Program-made: the position numbers and the translations under genes
In this document: piece after piece, positions 8,859-18,867 of the stretch
How the letters are laid out: each line of letters starts with the position of its first letter
How positions within the stretch are numbered: the first letter of the stretch is position 1
Notes under the pieces: generated by a model
Database searches by the model: none
The model's input: only the letters and a program-made list of their open reading frames with translations
What the model was told of the DNA's origin: nothing
Source of the DNA: an uncultured Gammaproteobacteria bacterium
GTDB lineage: Bacteria; Pseudomonadota; Gammaproteobacteria; Arenicellales; CAJQKF01
NCBI GenBank assembly: GCA_905478855.1
Contig: CAJQKF010000034.1
Span: 2,633 to 66,632 of the forward strand
Direction: 5' to 3'
DNA: 64,000 bases

Positions 8859-9323
8859 ATGAGTACAGTTATCCTTGATGCTCTTGATAAGAGAATTATC
8901 AATGAATTACAAAAAGATGCAAAGATCAGCAACGTTGAGCTTGCAAGAAGGGTGGGTTTATCCCAATCACCATGCTGGACACGGGTAAAAAACCTTGAAG
9001 GTAATGGTGTGATTACCGGCTATCGAGCAGTGATTAGTCAAAAGGCACTGGGTAAAACGGAAATCATGATGGTTCAGGTATCTATGGATCGTCACGACGA
9101 CAAAAGTTTCTCTATTGCGGAATCGATGATTAAAGACCTTCCCGAGGTAATAGAAGCCCATTTGTGCGCAGCAGAATTTGATTTTCTAATAAAAATTGCC
9201 ATCAGAGATACTCGAGAATTCGAGCATTTCTTAAAACAAAAAATCTATAAAATTCCCGGTATAAAAAACGTTCGTTCAATTTTGTGTATTCGCGACATTC
9301 TTAAGGAGGATGCAAACCAATAA
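8859..9323 (+). CDS. Lrp/AsnC family transcriptional regulator
   Basis: LDKRIINELQKDAKISNVELARRVGLSQSPCWTRVKNLEGNGVITGY is the HTH_AsnC region, followed by an RAM/ligand domain. 154 aa. Confidence 0.9.
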   Translation: MSTVILDALDKRIINELQKDAKISNVELARRVGLSQSPCWTRVKNLEGNGVITGYRAVISQKALGKTEIMMVQVSMDRHDDKSFSIAESMIKDLPEVIEAHLCAAEFDFLIKIAIRDTREFEHFLKQKIYKIPGIKNVRSILCIRDILKEDANQ

Positions 9324-9422
9324 CGCCTGATTTATATTTCGTATGCAGAATCGAATCTAATACTGCAGACTACGATGTCTTTTTATATAACAACATTGTT
9401 AAAAACCAAATAGTGAGAAAAA

Positions 9423-10568
9423 ATGTATTCCCAGCGATTGGATAACCTTAGACGTAGACTGGCTGAGCAAGGGGTTGATGTAGCAATCATCACCGATGAT
9501 GACAGTGTTTATTATCTCACCGGGTACTATGATTACTTGCACATGGAATTCGGGCGGCCAACTATATTGATTGTACCCAGAGATGGTAAAAGTTTACTTA
9601 TTACCCCAACCATTGATTTGGTCATGGCCGAGTCGAGCGCCAATGTTGATCGTATTGCTGCTTGGAACGATGGTGCAGGCAATGAGTGGCGCGAGGAATT
9701 ACCCGAGGCCTTAAGCGCCGCGGCCTGTATTGCCTTAGAACCTGATCATATGCCGCCCATGGTGCGCGCATATATCGACGCACTCATTCAGTCGAAAATA
9801 CATAAAAGTGTGACGTCCATTCTTGCCGATATGCGAATGGTTAAGTCGACTCAAGAATTACAGCTGGCACGCCACGCCGGTGAGGTAGCCGGTGCCATGA
9901 TGGCGGCTGGACGAAATGCTATTGGTGATGGTGTGCCAGAATATGAAGTAGCCCTCGCCACATCTGCAGCCGGTACGCGCAAAGCTGCTGAGCTATTAGC
10001 GGCACATTACGACGACACGGCCATGTCACCGAATACCCATTTTCTGCAGATCATGGCGTCTGGTGAAGAAATAGTAAAAACCCATCACCGTGCCACTACA
10101 CGTATTATGCGTCGGGGTGAACCGGTTTTTCTATGTTTTTGTGGTATGACCAATTTTCATCGTTTTAAGCTTGGCTTTGATCGAACATTCTGGATTGGTG
10201 AGATCGCTGATAGTCGTCAGGCTGAAATTTATGAGGTTGCCGCTGCCAGTCAGCAGGCGGCGCTTGGCGTACTCAAACCCGGGGTAACAGCGGAATCCGT
10301 ACATTCCGCTTATGCTGAGGTTATTCAGGGTGCAGGCTTTGATTATCCGTTCAGATGCGGCCGCGCAACGGGCTTTAGCTTTCTAGAAAAACCACAACTG
10401 GTAACGGGTGATAAAACAATTTTGCAGCCCGGTATGGTTTTAGCTGTTGATGGCTCGGTGGCAATTGATTCTTTTCGTGCGCAAGTAGGTGATAGTTTTA
10501 TTCTCAACGAACATGGCTATGAGCAAATTACCCATCACTCGAAATCGATCGACAATATAGTTTTATAG
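9423..10568 (+). CDS. M24 family metallohydrolase (Xaa-Pro dipeptidase / creatinase / ectoine-hydrolase-like)
   Basis: The layout is a creatinase-type N-domain plus a pita-bread C-domain (..MRMVKSTQELQLARHAGEVAGAMM.., ..GMVLAVDG..). Substrate cannot be assigned from sequence. Confidence 0.7.
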   Translation: MYSQRLDNLRRRLAEQGVDVAIITDDDSVYYLTGYYDYLHMEFGRPTILIVPRDGKSLLITPTIDLVMAESSANVDRIAAWNDGAGNEWREELPEALSAAACIALEPDHMPPMVRAYIDALIQSKIHKSVTSILADMRMVKSTQELQLARHAGEVAGAMMAAGRNAIGDGVPEYEVALATSAAGTRKAAELLAAHYDDTAMSPNTHFLQIMASGEEIVKTHHRATTRIMRRGEPVFLCFCGMTNFHRFKLGFDRTFWIGEIADSRQAEIYEVAAASQQAALGVLKPGVTAESVHSAYAEVIQGAGFDYPFRCGRATGFSFLEKPQLVTGDKTILQPGMVLAVDGSVAIDSFRAQVGDSFILNEHGYEQITHHSKSIDNIVL

Positions 10569-10627
10569 AAATATTTAATAAATGTATGACTATACAGTAA
10601 ATTGTTGCAAAAATGTACGCAACACTA

Positions 10628-10820
10628 ATGACCAATGTGATCGAAAAACTATCGAACCGAGCGCGCCAGCTACAACCCTGAAAAATTCGTGAAGTGGTTA
10701 AACCGGGTATGAAGCAAGGGGGTAATACCGCTCTATTTTGGAGAAGACTTTTGGCCAACTAGCCCGGATATATCCCAGGCGTTGGTTGATTTACTACAAT
10801 CGAACAATCATACGTATTAA
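10628..10820 (+). pseudogene. remnant of a class I/II PLP aminotransferase N-terminus (frameshifted, internal stop, truncated)
   Basis: Reads MTNVIEKLSNRARQLQP, then after a frame change NPEKFVKWLNRV*SKGVIPLYFGEDFWPTSPDISQALVDLLQSNNHTY*. GVIPLYFGE-DF-PT-P-I is the conserved N-terminal aminotransferase motif. Nothing follows it. Confidence 0.4.
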
Positions 10821-10886
10821 CCAAATATCATTAGCGCTGTTAAAAGGCCATGGGAGCGCATATGCCTTATAATGCATTCGATATTC

Positions 10887-12158
10887 TTAGATATAATCTA
10901 AATAAGTGCGTTGGATAGAAATCTGATCGGCAACGAACTTGGCGTCGTGCCAAACACCCCAGATAAATGATGATCCCCGTCTGGATTGCCAAGGCAAACC
11001 TACAAAGTACACACCGGGTTCGGTTGAAATACCACGTTCGTGTTTGGGTTTACCATCAACATCGAGTGCGTCCACCTTTAGCCAGCGATAATCGACGGTA
11101 AATCCTGTTGCCCATATAATCGAGTTAACACTAGCTTCGTGTAAATCAAGCTTCAATATGGGATTGGTTACACAGCTCGGGTCAGGACCTACCTCACGCG
11201 CTTGGGGCTCTATCGGAAAATTAAGACCATTACGCTCGATATAGGCATCGGCTTCATCTAACACAGATAACGTATTTATGTTGCCCTTGGCTATGTTCTG
11301 GACTAAGTCGTCTGTAAATTGCATTACTCCATTGTTGAATGATTCTGTCCGTCCAAGCAGGGTCATACCTTGATAGGCTAGGCGGCGAAAGTTTACGGTT
11401 TGCCCTCCATGAGCTCCACTTACGGCGATGGTCACATGTTCCAGCCCGGGCTCAAGAGCGACCATTTCCCATTTGCCAAGAACGCCTAACCACCAGACAA
11501 AATCCTTGCCACGGTAACTACGTGGTGGCAGATCATGGGGGCCAACGGACAAATATACTTTTTTCCCAGAACGCAGTAATTCGTCGGCGATCTGTGAACC
11601 GGACGATCCCGATCCAATTACAAGTACACCGCCGTCGGGTAATTGTTTCGGATTGCGATACTCACTTGAATGTATCTGTGTGATCCCCGATTGCTCAGGG
11701 ACGATGGGTGGAATGATGGGTTTTTGAAACGATCCAGTTGCCGCCACAATGTTTTGTGCTTCTATAACGCCGGTAGATGTTTCAATGCGAAAACCGGGGC
11801 GACCGATATTTTTCTGTGCATCGATGACTTCAACCCCAGTTCGTATCGGTGCATTAATCATTTCACAATAGGCAACAAAATAATCGGCAACGCTTTCTTT
11901 AGGAGCAAATGCGTCGTCATCGACATCGGAAAATTTTCTATTCGGAAATCGATCGTGCCAGGCGGGTCCGTTTGCCACTAGGGAATCCCAACGCTCCGAG
12001 CGCCAGCGCTCTGCGATTCGACTCCGTTCCAATACAACATGCTGTATCCCACAATTACTCAGGTGCTCACTTGTGGCAATACCTGCTTGACCACCACCGA
12101 CAACAACGGTGTTTACGTACTCAATATTATCAATAACATTATTACCTGAGTCATTCAT
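10887..12158 (-). CDS. NAD(P)/FAD-dependent oxidoreductase, flavin-containing monooxygenase-like (COG2072-type)
   Basis: Two Rossmann motifs are present, VVVGGGQAGIATSEHL and VLVIGSGSSGSQIADEL, plus an ATGF..motif near the C-terminus. Confidence 0.75.
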   Translation of the reverse strand: MNDSGNNVIDNIEYVNTVVVGGGQAGIATSEHLSNCGIQHVVLERSRIAERWRSERWDSLVANGPAWHDRFPNRKFSDVDDDAFAPKESVADYFVAYCEMINAPIRTGVEVIDAQKNIGRPGFRIETSTGVIEAQNIVAATGSFQKPIIPPIVPEQSGITQIHSSEYRNPKQLPDGGVLVIGSGSSGSQIADELLRSGKKVYLSVGPHDLPPRSYRGKDFVWWLGVLGKWEMVALEPGLEHVTIAVSGAHGGQTVNFRRLAYQGMTLLGRTESFNNGVMQFTDDLVQNIAKGNINTLSVLDEADAYIERNGLNFPIEPQAREVGPDPSCVTNPILKLDLHEASVNSIIWATGFTVDYRWLKVDALDVDGKPKHERGISTEPGVYFVGLPWQSRRGSSFIWGVWHDAKFVADQISIQRTYLDYI

Positions 12159-12451
12159 AAAAATACCTGTTGCACAATGAGTTACGTCCTATCGGGTGTC
12201 CCGTCAAAGCTGTTAATATTCAATAATGCCTACTGTGTGGAATTAACTAAAGTAATCATTTTTAACTTAATGCTTTATTTTTACTAAATCAATAATTTTT
12301 ACACTAAATGTGCAATAAGTGGGAATACGCTCTCTATGTTTTTTCGTTTGGATTAATGTAATGGCAGTATGAAAGGTGAATAACAGTCCGGTTTTTGATA
12401 CTGACTGTAAATCAAAGTATTTGAAAAAATAAATTGATTGCGTTTACGACG

Positions 12452-14008
12452 CTAGATAGCCGAGCTATTCATCATCGACGAACGTGGCAATCGAATGTCG
12501 AATTGCTCTCGTAGCGCAACATCCAATTTACTGTTGATATGCGTTGGATAATGCTGATCAAGTATTTGTTGCGTACGCTCGATAGCGATAGATCGAAATT
12601 CTCGGGTGCCGTCGTTTTCCCATTCAGTAATTGATCGACGATCCGCAATATCAGGATAAACGAAGTCACTTTGCATTCGCTCTAATGTCTCATTGCGACC
12701 AAGAAAGTGACCTTCACCATGGGCTACTTCATCAATTGAGTGAATTGCCAGAGTCTCGTCCGTTACTTCTATAGGCGTTAATGTCTTCATTATACTGCCC
12801 AGCATGTCATTGTCGATTACATAACTTTCCAGCGCGCAACCCATTAAACTTGCCTGCATTCCGCTAGCTTGGGTAACCAAATTTGAACCGGCGTGGGCCG
12901 CTAGTGTTACCGTTAGCGCTTTCTCGTAACCGCTTTGGGCATCAGCGACTTTACTATCCGTTGCACCGGCGATTGTTGAGTTGACCAGTCCGTAATAATT
13001 ACCCATTTGGGCGCTAGCGGCCATTGCTATGGCTCCCTCTGGACTGCCACCGCTCATTGCACCTGTGCGTAAATCGGTGAGCATTGGTCGAGTGCCAAAA
13101 ATAACTTTAGCTTGAGGATTAAGTAGCCAAGCAAAGATCATGCCTGCCAGAGTTTCGGCGATGGTCTGCGCAATTGTTCCTGCCATAGTAACTGGACTGG
13201 ATGCGCCCATTTGTCCAAAGGTATTCGAATGCACAGGTATGCCATAATAAACAGCTTCTGCCGCAATTTCACAGGATTCTGCGTCAAAGCGAAGCGGTGG
13301 TACCGGCATGTTACAATTTAACGATAGAAAAGGGCGTGCTTCAAACGCTTCCCTAGAGCCAGCGATCGTGTAGCACATCTTGGCTATATCTTTTACAAAC
13401 ACGGCGTTGGATGCCGCTGCAAATACATGCTTTTGCGTTCCTGCGAGGCACGCATATGCGGTGTTAATGTCGAGTGTCTTAAGGTCTGGCATATCACGGG
13501 CGACCAGCGACCGACTAAAAAAATGAATATTATCAAGATTGTCAACTAGCCGCGCGGCATCATATAAATCACGCAATGTTGAGTCTCTATAACGACCGGC
13601 CTTTAAATCCAATATCAACGGTGCAGCGCCACCCGATCCGACATAAACAGACGCATTCCCAAGGTGCAGATCGTATTTCGGATCTTGTCCACATAAACTG
13701 AAGTTACGTGCTAATCCCTGTAGGGCATTCTCAATTAGCTCACCGGTGAAATGTAGACGACCTTCAGAGTCTAGTCGTCCCCCGGCCTTGGTTACTTGAG
13801 CAATTACAATTTCTGGTGCTTCAATCATACCTATATCGGTAAGTATGGTTCGTACAGCAGTATCAATCTTTGGTAGGTCGCTGGCGTTTAGAGGCTGATA
13901 TCGTCCACCGGTCAATCCGCGCAGAATAACCTGCGCAGATTGCTTCGATGATGTGTCCTTACTTCTTCGTCGTCGCCGATTCTTAGTTGTTGGTTCCTTT
14001 TTGTGCAT
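12452..14008 (-). CDS. trimethylamine methyltransferase (MttB) superfamily protein, non-pyrrolysine type
   Basis: 518 aa with a basic N-terminus (KNRRRRRSK), then LTGGRYQPL..DL..ID.....IL..IGM and the usual MttB TIM-barrel length. The reading frame is uninterrupted, with no in-frame TAG. Confidence 0.75.
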   Translation of the reverse strand: MHKKEPTTKNRRRRRSKDTSSKQSAQVILRGLTGGRYQPLNASDLPKIDTAVRTILTDIGMIEAPEIVIAQVTKAGGRLDSEGRLHFTGELIENALQGLARNFSLCGQDPKYDLHLGNASVYVGSGGAAPLILDLKAGRYRDSTLRDLYDAARLVDNLDNIHFFSRSLVARDMPDLKTLDINTAYACLAGTQKHVFAAASNAVFVKDIAKMCYTIAGSREAFEARPFLSLNCNMPVPPLRFDAESCEIAAEAVYYGIPVHSNTFGQMGASSPVTMAGTIAQTIAETLAGMIFAWLLNPQAKVIFGTRPMLTDLRTGAMSGGSPEGAIAMAASAQMGNYYGLVNSTIAGATDSKVADAQSGYEKALTVTLAAHAGSNLVTQASGMQASLMGCALESYVIDNDMLGSIMKTLTPIEVTDETLAIHSIDEVAHGEGHFLGRNETLERMQSDFVYPDIADRRSITEWENDGTREFRSIAIERTQQILDQHYPTHINSKLDVALREQFDIRLPRSSMMNSSAI

Positions 14009-14344
14009 TGGGTTTGTCTTTATTTAGAGTTGGCTTTAGTTTATTGAAGGCTATGTTTATGCTTTTTGAACATGTGTTTTTTTGATTTCTGTAATAAAAC
14101 TAGATTGTATAGTAATAGCGCTGTAAATTATAAAAAGTGACAATGTTTGAGATGAATTCAAAATTCTTGTTAACCGCGTGTTCGTGTTTATAGTTCACAA
14201 TTTCCAGAGCTAACTATACTGGACACTTTTTGCATTCAAACCACAGTGTTATTCGAAATAAAATCGGTTGAATGATGTTGAGGAGTGTTGGATGTTTCCC
14301 ATAGATATATTTTAGCTAGACTTTTCTGAGGTATTAATTATCTA

Positions 14345-15445
14345 ATGACTATTTCTGGAAGATCAGAGTCCACACCGCGAAGCCAAGGCTTTCGTATGCC
14401 TGCTGAACACGAGGTTCATGCTGGATGTTGGATGATTTTCCCCGAACGATCAGATGTATGGGGTATTGACCCTTCGCCTGCACAGAGGGTTTTTGCCAAT
14501 GTAGCCATTGCAATTGCTGAATTTGAGTCGGTAAACATGTGTGTGTCTGAGCAACAATTGGGCGTAGCACAGAAAATGTTGCCAGAATTTATACGAATTT
14601 TTGTCATGGATTCTAATGATGCCTGGATGAGGGATTGCGGCCCCAGCTTCATTGTTAATGATCGAGGGGACGTTGCTGGTGTTGATTGGGAGTTTAATGC
14701 GTGGGGTGGGCTGGATGAAGGCTTATACACTCCGTGGGACGACGATAATCGAGTTGCACAGAAAGTATTGGCACATGTTGGGGTTGATCGTTACAAAACA
14801 AGCCTGGTTAATGAGGGCGGGGCGATTCACGTAGACGGACAGGGGACTCTCATAACCACCAGTTCCGTTCTGTTGAACAACAACCGGAATCCAGGTGTTA
14901 CCCGCAATCAAGTAGAGCAGGTGTTTAGCGATTACTTAGGTATTGATAAAACCATTTGGATTGAAGGTGAGGCTGACGATGAGACTGATGGTCATGTCGA
15001 TGGTTTGTGCGCTTATGTTAAACCAGGCGTTGTGTTGATGGCCTGGCATAATAATCCTAAATCTGAAGAGTATGAAATCTATCAGGACGTGTATAGACAG
15101 TTAGCTGCAGAAACAGACGCGAAGGGGCGTAAGCTTGAGATCATAAAATTACCGCTTCCTGATTTACTGCCTATGACCGCAGAAGAAGCGAGTCGAATAA
15201 CGAAAGCCCAGGGAACGTATCCTCGCAATGCGGGGGATTATGTTTGGGGTGGATATATTAATTTCTATATTGCGAATGGTGGTATTGTTTATCCTTGTTT
15301 TGACGTTCCAGACGACGCCGAAGCAAAACGTATTTTGCAGCAAGCTTTTCCCGATCGGAAAGTTGTTGGTGTAGCGGGTTGTCGTGCGATCAGCATGTGT
15401 GGCGGTAATATTCACTGTATCACTCAGCAGCAACCGATGGGTTAG
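14345..15445 (+). CDS. agmatine deiminase family protein (guanidino-group modifying enzyme)
   Basis: GFRMPAEHEVHAGCWMIFPER.DVW, WMRDCGPSF, DGHVDGL and the C-terminal catalytic GGNIHCITQQQP match AguA/PAD-type deiminases. Confidence 0.85.
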   Translation: MTISGRSESTPRSQGFRMPAEHEVHAGCWMIFPERSDVWGIDPSPAQRVFANVAIAIAEFESVNMCVSEQQLGVAQKMLPEFIRIFVMDSNDAWMRDCGPSFIVNDRGDVAGVDWEFNAWGGLDEGLYTPWDDDNRVAQKVLAHVGVDRYKTSLVNEGGAIHVDGQGTLITTSSVLLNNNRNPGVTRNQVEQVFSDYLGIDKTIWIEGEADDETDGHVDGLCAYVKPGVVLMAWHNNPKSEEYEIYQDVYRQLAAETDAKGRKLEIIKLPLPDLLPMTAEEASRITKAQGTYPRNAGDYVWGGYINFYIANGGIVYPCFDVPDDAEAKRILQQAFPDRKVVGVAGCRAISMCGGNIHCITQQQPMG

Positions 15446-15537
15446 GTTACTCGATTTAAAGCCGTGTCGAATTCGCCTTACAATAGCTTATATTACTGCT
15501 ACAAGGTGACTTATGCTATGTTGAGGTTTAGAAAAAC

Positions 15538-16092
15538 TTAGTCAATTTGAGCTTGTATGCTAACTAACCGATCGTAATTTTCATCATCGAATGGCATTAC
15601 TTCGTTATTTTGGGTATCGAATAATGAGCGTTCAACTGTTGTAAGCTTACCCAAATAGACGTGAATAGCGCAGGAATCAACGTCGCTCTGGCAACCGACA
15701 GAGTGAATAGCTGTCGGACCGAACTGTAGAACATTTCCTGGTTCAACTGAAATTTCCGTTTTCTTTTCAATACTGCCTTGTTTGTTATGCACCCACATGC
15801 TGTTTTGCTCTGCACCTTGATATACGGCAATTGTTGCAACCATCTGATGGTCGTGTGCAGGCACGTTTTGGCCGACTTTAAATCGGCAATGCCATATTGA
15901 AACCGTATCGTCCTCAAAAAGAACTACATCATCGTCTTCGTAAACAGGGATGCTTGCCGCTACCCATGATGGATCCGTAACGGTCTCGCTCAAAATAGAC
16001 TTTATTTGAGCTCTAGCATCAGCTTGAGATGCAGCATCTCGTAAGTGTTCTACTAGAATATTAATATCAAATGGGCTCTTGCTAGTTGCCAT
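15538..16092 (-). CDS. cupin / cysteine-dioxygenase-like metalloprotein (COG5553-type)
   Basis: 184 aa with ..VSIWHCRFKVGQNVPAHDHQMVATIAVYQG.E.N.. and ..AIHSV, a double-stranded beta-helix His cluster. Confidence 0.6.
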   Translation of the reverse strand: MATSKSPFDINILVEHLRDAASQADARAQIKSILSETVTDPSWVAASIPVYEDDDVVLFEDDTVSIWHCRFKVGQNVPAHDHQMVATIAVYQGAEQNSMWVHNKQGSIEKKTEISVEPGNVLQFGPTAIHSVGCQSDVDSCAIHVYLGKLTTVERSLFDTQNNEVMPFDDENYDRLVSIQAQID

Positions 16093-16415
16093 AACATCGT
16101 CTCCTCAAGTGTGCACAACGGGTCTTTATTGCCAATCCATTTGCTTACGTAAGACAAAATCAGAACGCCATTCTCTTGCTTTTTTGAACTTGCCCTTTCA
16201 AAACAACATAGTTTTGCATGAATTTAGCTTTCTGTCTGTAGACTATAAGACAAATGGTTTACTTTTTTTCCCAGCTAGTCGTTTCGAAAAATAAATATGA
16301 AATAATGTCATAGGGGTAAAAGGGAGTTTGCAAATTTTATTCATAGGTCGTTGAGTATGATGGTTGCTATCGGTAAGCTTTGGGTTCAACCAACAAATAA
16401 CTATAGGTTTTAATC

Positions 16416-18779
16416 TTGTCCTCTATTCTTGATTCTTTGCGCGTGCCTCCACCCGTAATTTCCCAAGCAGAAGCGTCGCATGTTGCTCTGCACTACTTCG
16501 GAGTGTCGGGTAATATTACCTTTCTCGGTGGGGAAAGGGATAGTAATTTCCTCATTCGCAGCGACAAACAAAGTGTAACTTTAAAGATCGCGAATCCTGC
16601 CGAAGATGACTCTATTTTGGATATGCAATGCCTGGCTCTACAGCACATTGGTAGGTATTCGATTGACACTCCAGTTCCCCGTGTAATTCAGACACTAGAC
16701 GGCTCCAACTGGGCAACATTATCTAGAGAATCAGGAGAGCAATTGCGAGCCCGGGTGTTTACCTATATGGAAGGAACGCCCATCCCTCAGGGAGCTTCTG
16801 ATAGCGGTTTGTTATTTAATCTTGGAAAGTCTGTAGCCGACGTTAACATGGCGCTACGTGGATACATGCATTCTGCTGCTCAACACTCGCTTGCCTGGAA
16901 TACTCAGGCTTTTGAGCAGTTATGTTTGCTAACAGAACATATACGGGATGCTGATGAACGACAGATGGTTGAATTAACGTTGCAGCGATTTCGAAATCAC
17001 GTTAAACCTTATGTGGGTAATTGTCGAAGTCAGGTAATTCATAATGATATTACCTACCATAACACCGTGCTAGACCCACAGGAGATGACAAAAATTTCCG
17101 GTATTTATGACTTTGGTGATATGGTTTATGGCCCGTTGATACAGGACCTTGCCAACCCGGCCTCTGAAGTACCAGCTGGCAGCCGCGATCCATTGTCTGG
17201 TAGCGCTCGAGTGATAGCAGGTTTTCATTCGGTTCTGCCACTAGAAGATTTGGAGTTTAGGTTATTACCGGAGCTAATGGCTGCCCGTTTGGCAAGTTGT
17301 ATGTTATTGGAAAAATGGGCAGACGAAGAAAACTCCTGGACAGACGAGCGAGATCATCTCGATAACTGGTATGAGAAGTGCGCTACCACGTTACGATTAA
17401 TACTTGATACACCGGCTCTAGATATCGAAAACTTATTTCGTAGTAGTTGTGGATTATCGGCTAGATTAAATACATTAACCTCCTGCAAAAAAAATTCTGA
17501 CAAAGCATGGGCTCTCCGCCAAAAGTATTTGGGTAATGCAAATTATGTGGCATATGATAAACCAATCCATATGGCTAAGGGCGAAGGGGTGTGGTTATAC
17601 GGTGTCGATGGAAAACGTTATCTTGATGTCTACAATAATGTTCCCCATGTCGGACATTGCCACCCGCGTATTACCGACGCTATCAATAAGCAAACAGCAA
17701 CTCTGAATACAAATACACGTTATGTTTATGATGTTGCAAATCAGTATGCAGAGAGAATAACGTCAACCTTGCCAGAGGGGCTGGACACCTGTTATTTAGT
17801 GTCGTCGGGAAGCGAAGCTAATGACTTGGCGTGGCGTCTAGCAACCACCTGGACTGGCAATCAAGGTGGTCTAGTACTTGATAATGCCTATCACGGAATA
17901 ACGGAAATAACGTTTGCATTATCTCCTGCTGAGTATCGCTTTCGTAATCGATCTTTCCCCCACATTGCAACATTTTCTGGCCCGGATGACTTTCGCGGAG
18001 AATGGAAGAGAGATGATCCGCAACGCGGTAGAAATTTCGCTCAATATGTTAATGCTGCGATTCATGCATTGGGAGAGCAAGACTACAAACCTGCAGCACT
18101 TTTTTTAGATATGGTTATGAGCTCCAATGGGATTTTTACGCCGCCACAGGATTACTTGGAGACTTTGTTTGATCGTGTAAAAAATGCAGGAGGTTTGTGT
18201 GTCGCGGATGAAGTGCAGTCAGGTTTTGGGAGAACTGGAAAACATATGTGGGGTTTCGAGTTTGGGAACGTTACGCCGGATATTGTTACATTTGGTAAAC
18301 CAATCGCTGGTGGTTATCCAATGGGTTTAGTGGTTACCCGAAAAGAAATAGCACGTCATTTTGAAAAACAGGGAGACTTTTTTAGCACCACGGGAGGCAA
18401 CCCAGTTGCGTGTGCGGCAGCCATGGCGATGCTTGACGTTCTGCAGCATGAGCAGCTGATGGGTCATGCTGAGACTGTAGGAGATCACTTAATCCGAAGC
18501 TTACGAGAACTATCTGCTGAGTTCCCTATCATTGGCGATATACGAGGTAGTGGATTGTTTGTTGGTGTAGAGTTAATTACTAATCGGGAAACTTTAGAAC
18601 CCGCAACTGAGCAGGCAGGGTTTATTTTGAATGAGTTGTCTGAAGATGGAGTTTTAATCGGTAGAGATGGTGTTAACCACAATGTGCTAAAGATTCGTCC
18701 ACCCATGGTCTTTAGTTATGAGCATGTTGAGATCTTTATTGAAAAATTCAGAAAAGTACTCGGGCGTGCATTTATTTAA
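16416..18779 (+). CDS. fusion protein: APH/hydroxylysine-kinase-like phosphotransferase (N-terminal) + class III aminotransferase of the AGXT2L phospho-lyase type (C-terminal)
   Basis: N-terminal half: VIHNDITYHNTVLD (HxDxxxxN) and IYDFGDM. C-terminal half: YNNVPHVGHCHPRI..LNTNTRY, SGSEANDLAWRLA, ADEVQSGFGRTG, TFGKPIAGGYPMG. TTG start at 16416. Confidence 0.8.
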   Translation: MSSILDSLRVPPPVISQAEASHVALHYFGVSGNITFLGGERDSNFLIRSDKQSVTLKIANPAEDDSILDMQCLALQHIGRYSIDTPVPRVIQTLDGSNWATLSRESGEQLRARVFTYMEGTPIPQGASDSGLLFNLGKSVADVNMALRGYMHSAAQHSLAWNTQAFEQLCLLTEHIRDADERQMVELTLQRFRNHVKPYVGNCRSQVIHNDITYHNTVLDPQEMTKISGIYDFGDMVYGPLIQDLANPASEVPAGSRDPLSGSARVIAGFHSVLPLEDLEFRLLPELMAARLASCMLLEKWADEENSWTDERDHLDNWYEKCATTLRLILDTPALDIENLFRSSCGLSARLNTLTSCKKNSDKAWALRQKYLGNANYVAYDKPIHMAKGEGVWLYGVDGKRYLDVYNNVPHVGHCHPRITDAINKQTATLNTNTRYVYDVANQYAERITSTLPEGLDTCYLVSSGSEANDLAWRLATTWTGNQGGLVLDNAYHGITEITFALSPAEYRFRNRSFPHIATFSGPDDFRGEWKRDDPQRGRNFAQYVNAAIHALGEQDYKPAALFLDMVMSSNGIFTPPQDYLETLFDRVKNAGGLCVADEVQSGFGRTGKHMWGFEFGNVTPDIVTFGKPIAGGYPMGLVVTRKEIARHFEKQGDFFSTTGGNPVACAAAMAMLDVLQHEQLMGHAETVGDHLIRSLRELSAEFPIIGDIRGSGLFVGVELITNRETLEPATEQAGFILNELSEDGVLIGRDGVNHNVLKIRPPMVFSYEHVEIFIEKFRKVLGRAFI

Positions 18780-18867
18780 AACTAGATGTGAGAAATAAAC
18801 ACCCCAACTTGGGGGTGTAATGTTTACTCGCTCTTCAATTTTAAACCATACTGGCTTCAAACGTACT

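Noticed and set aside
12452-14008. Checked the MttB homolog for an in-frame UAG (pyrrolysine).
   Set aside because: The frame is continuous for 518 codons with no internal TAG. No pyl genes are visible, so this is a non-Pyl family member.
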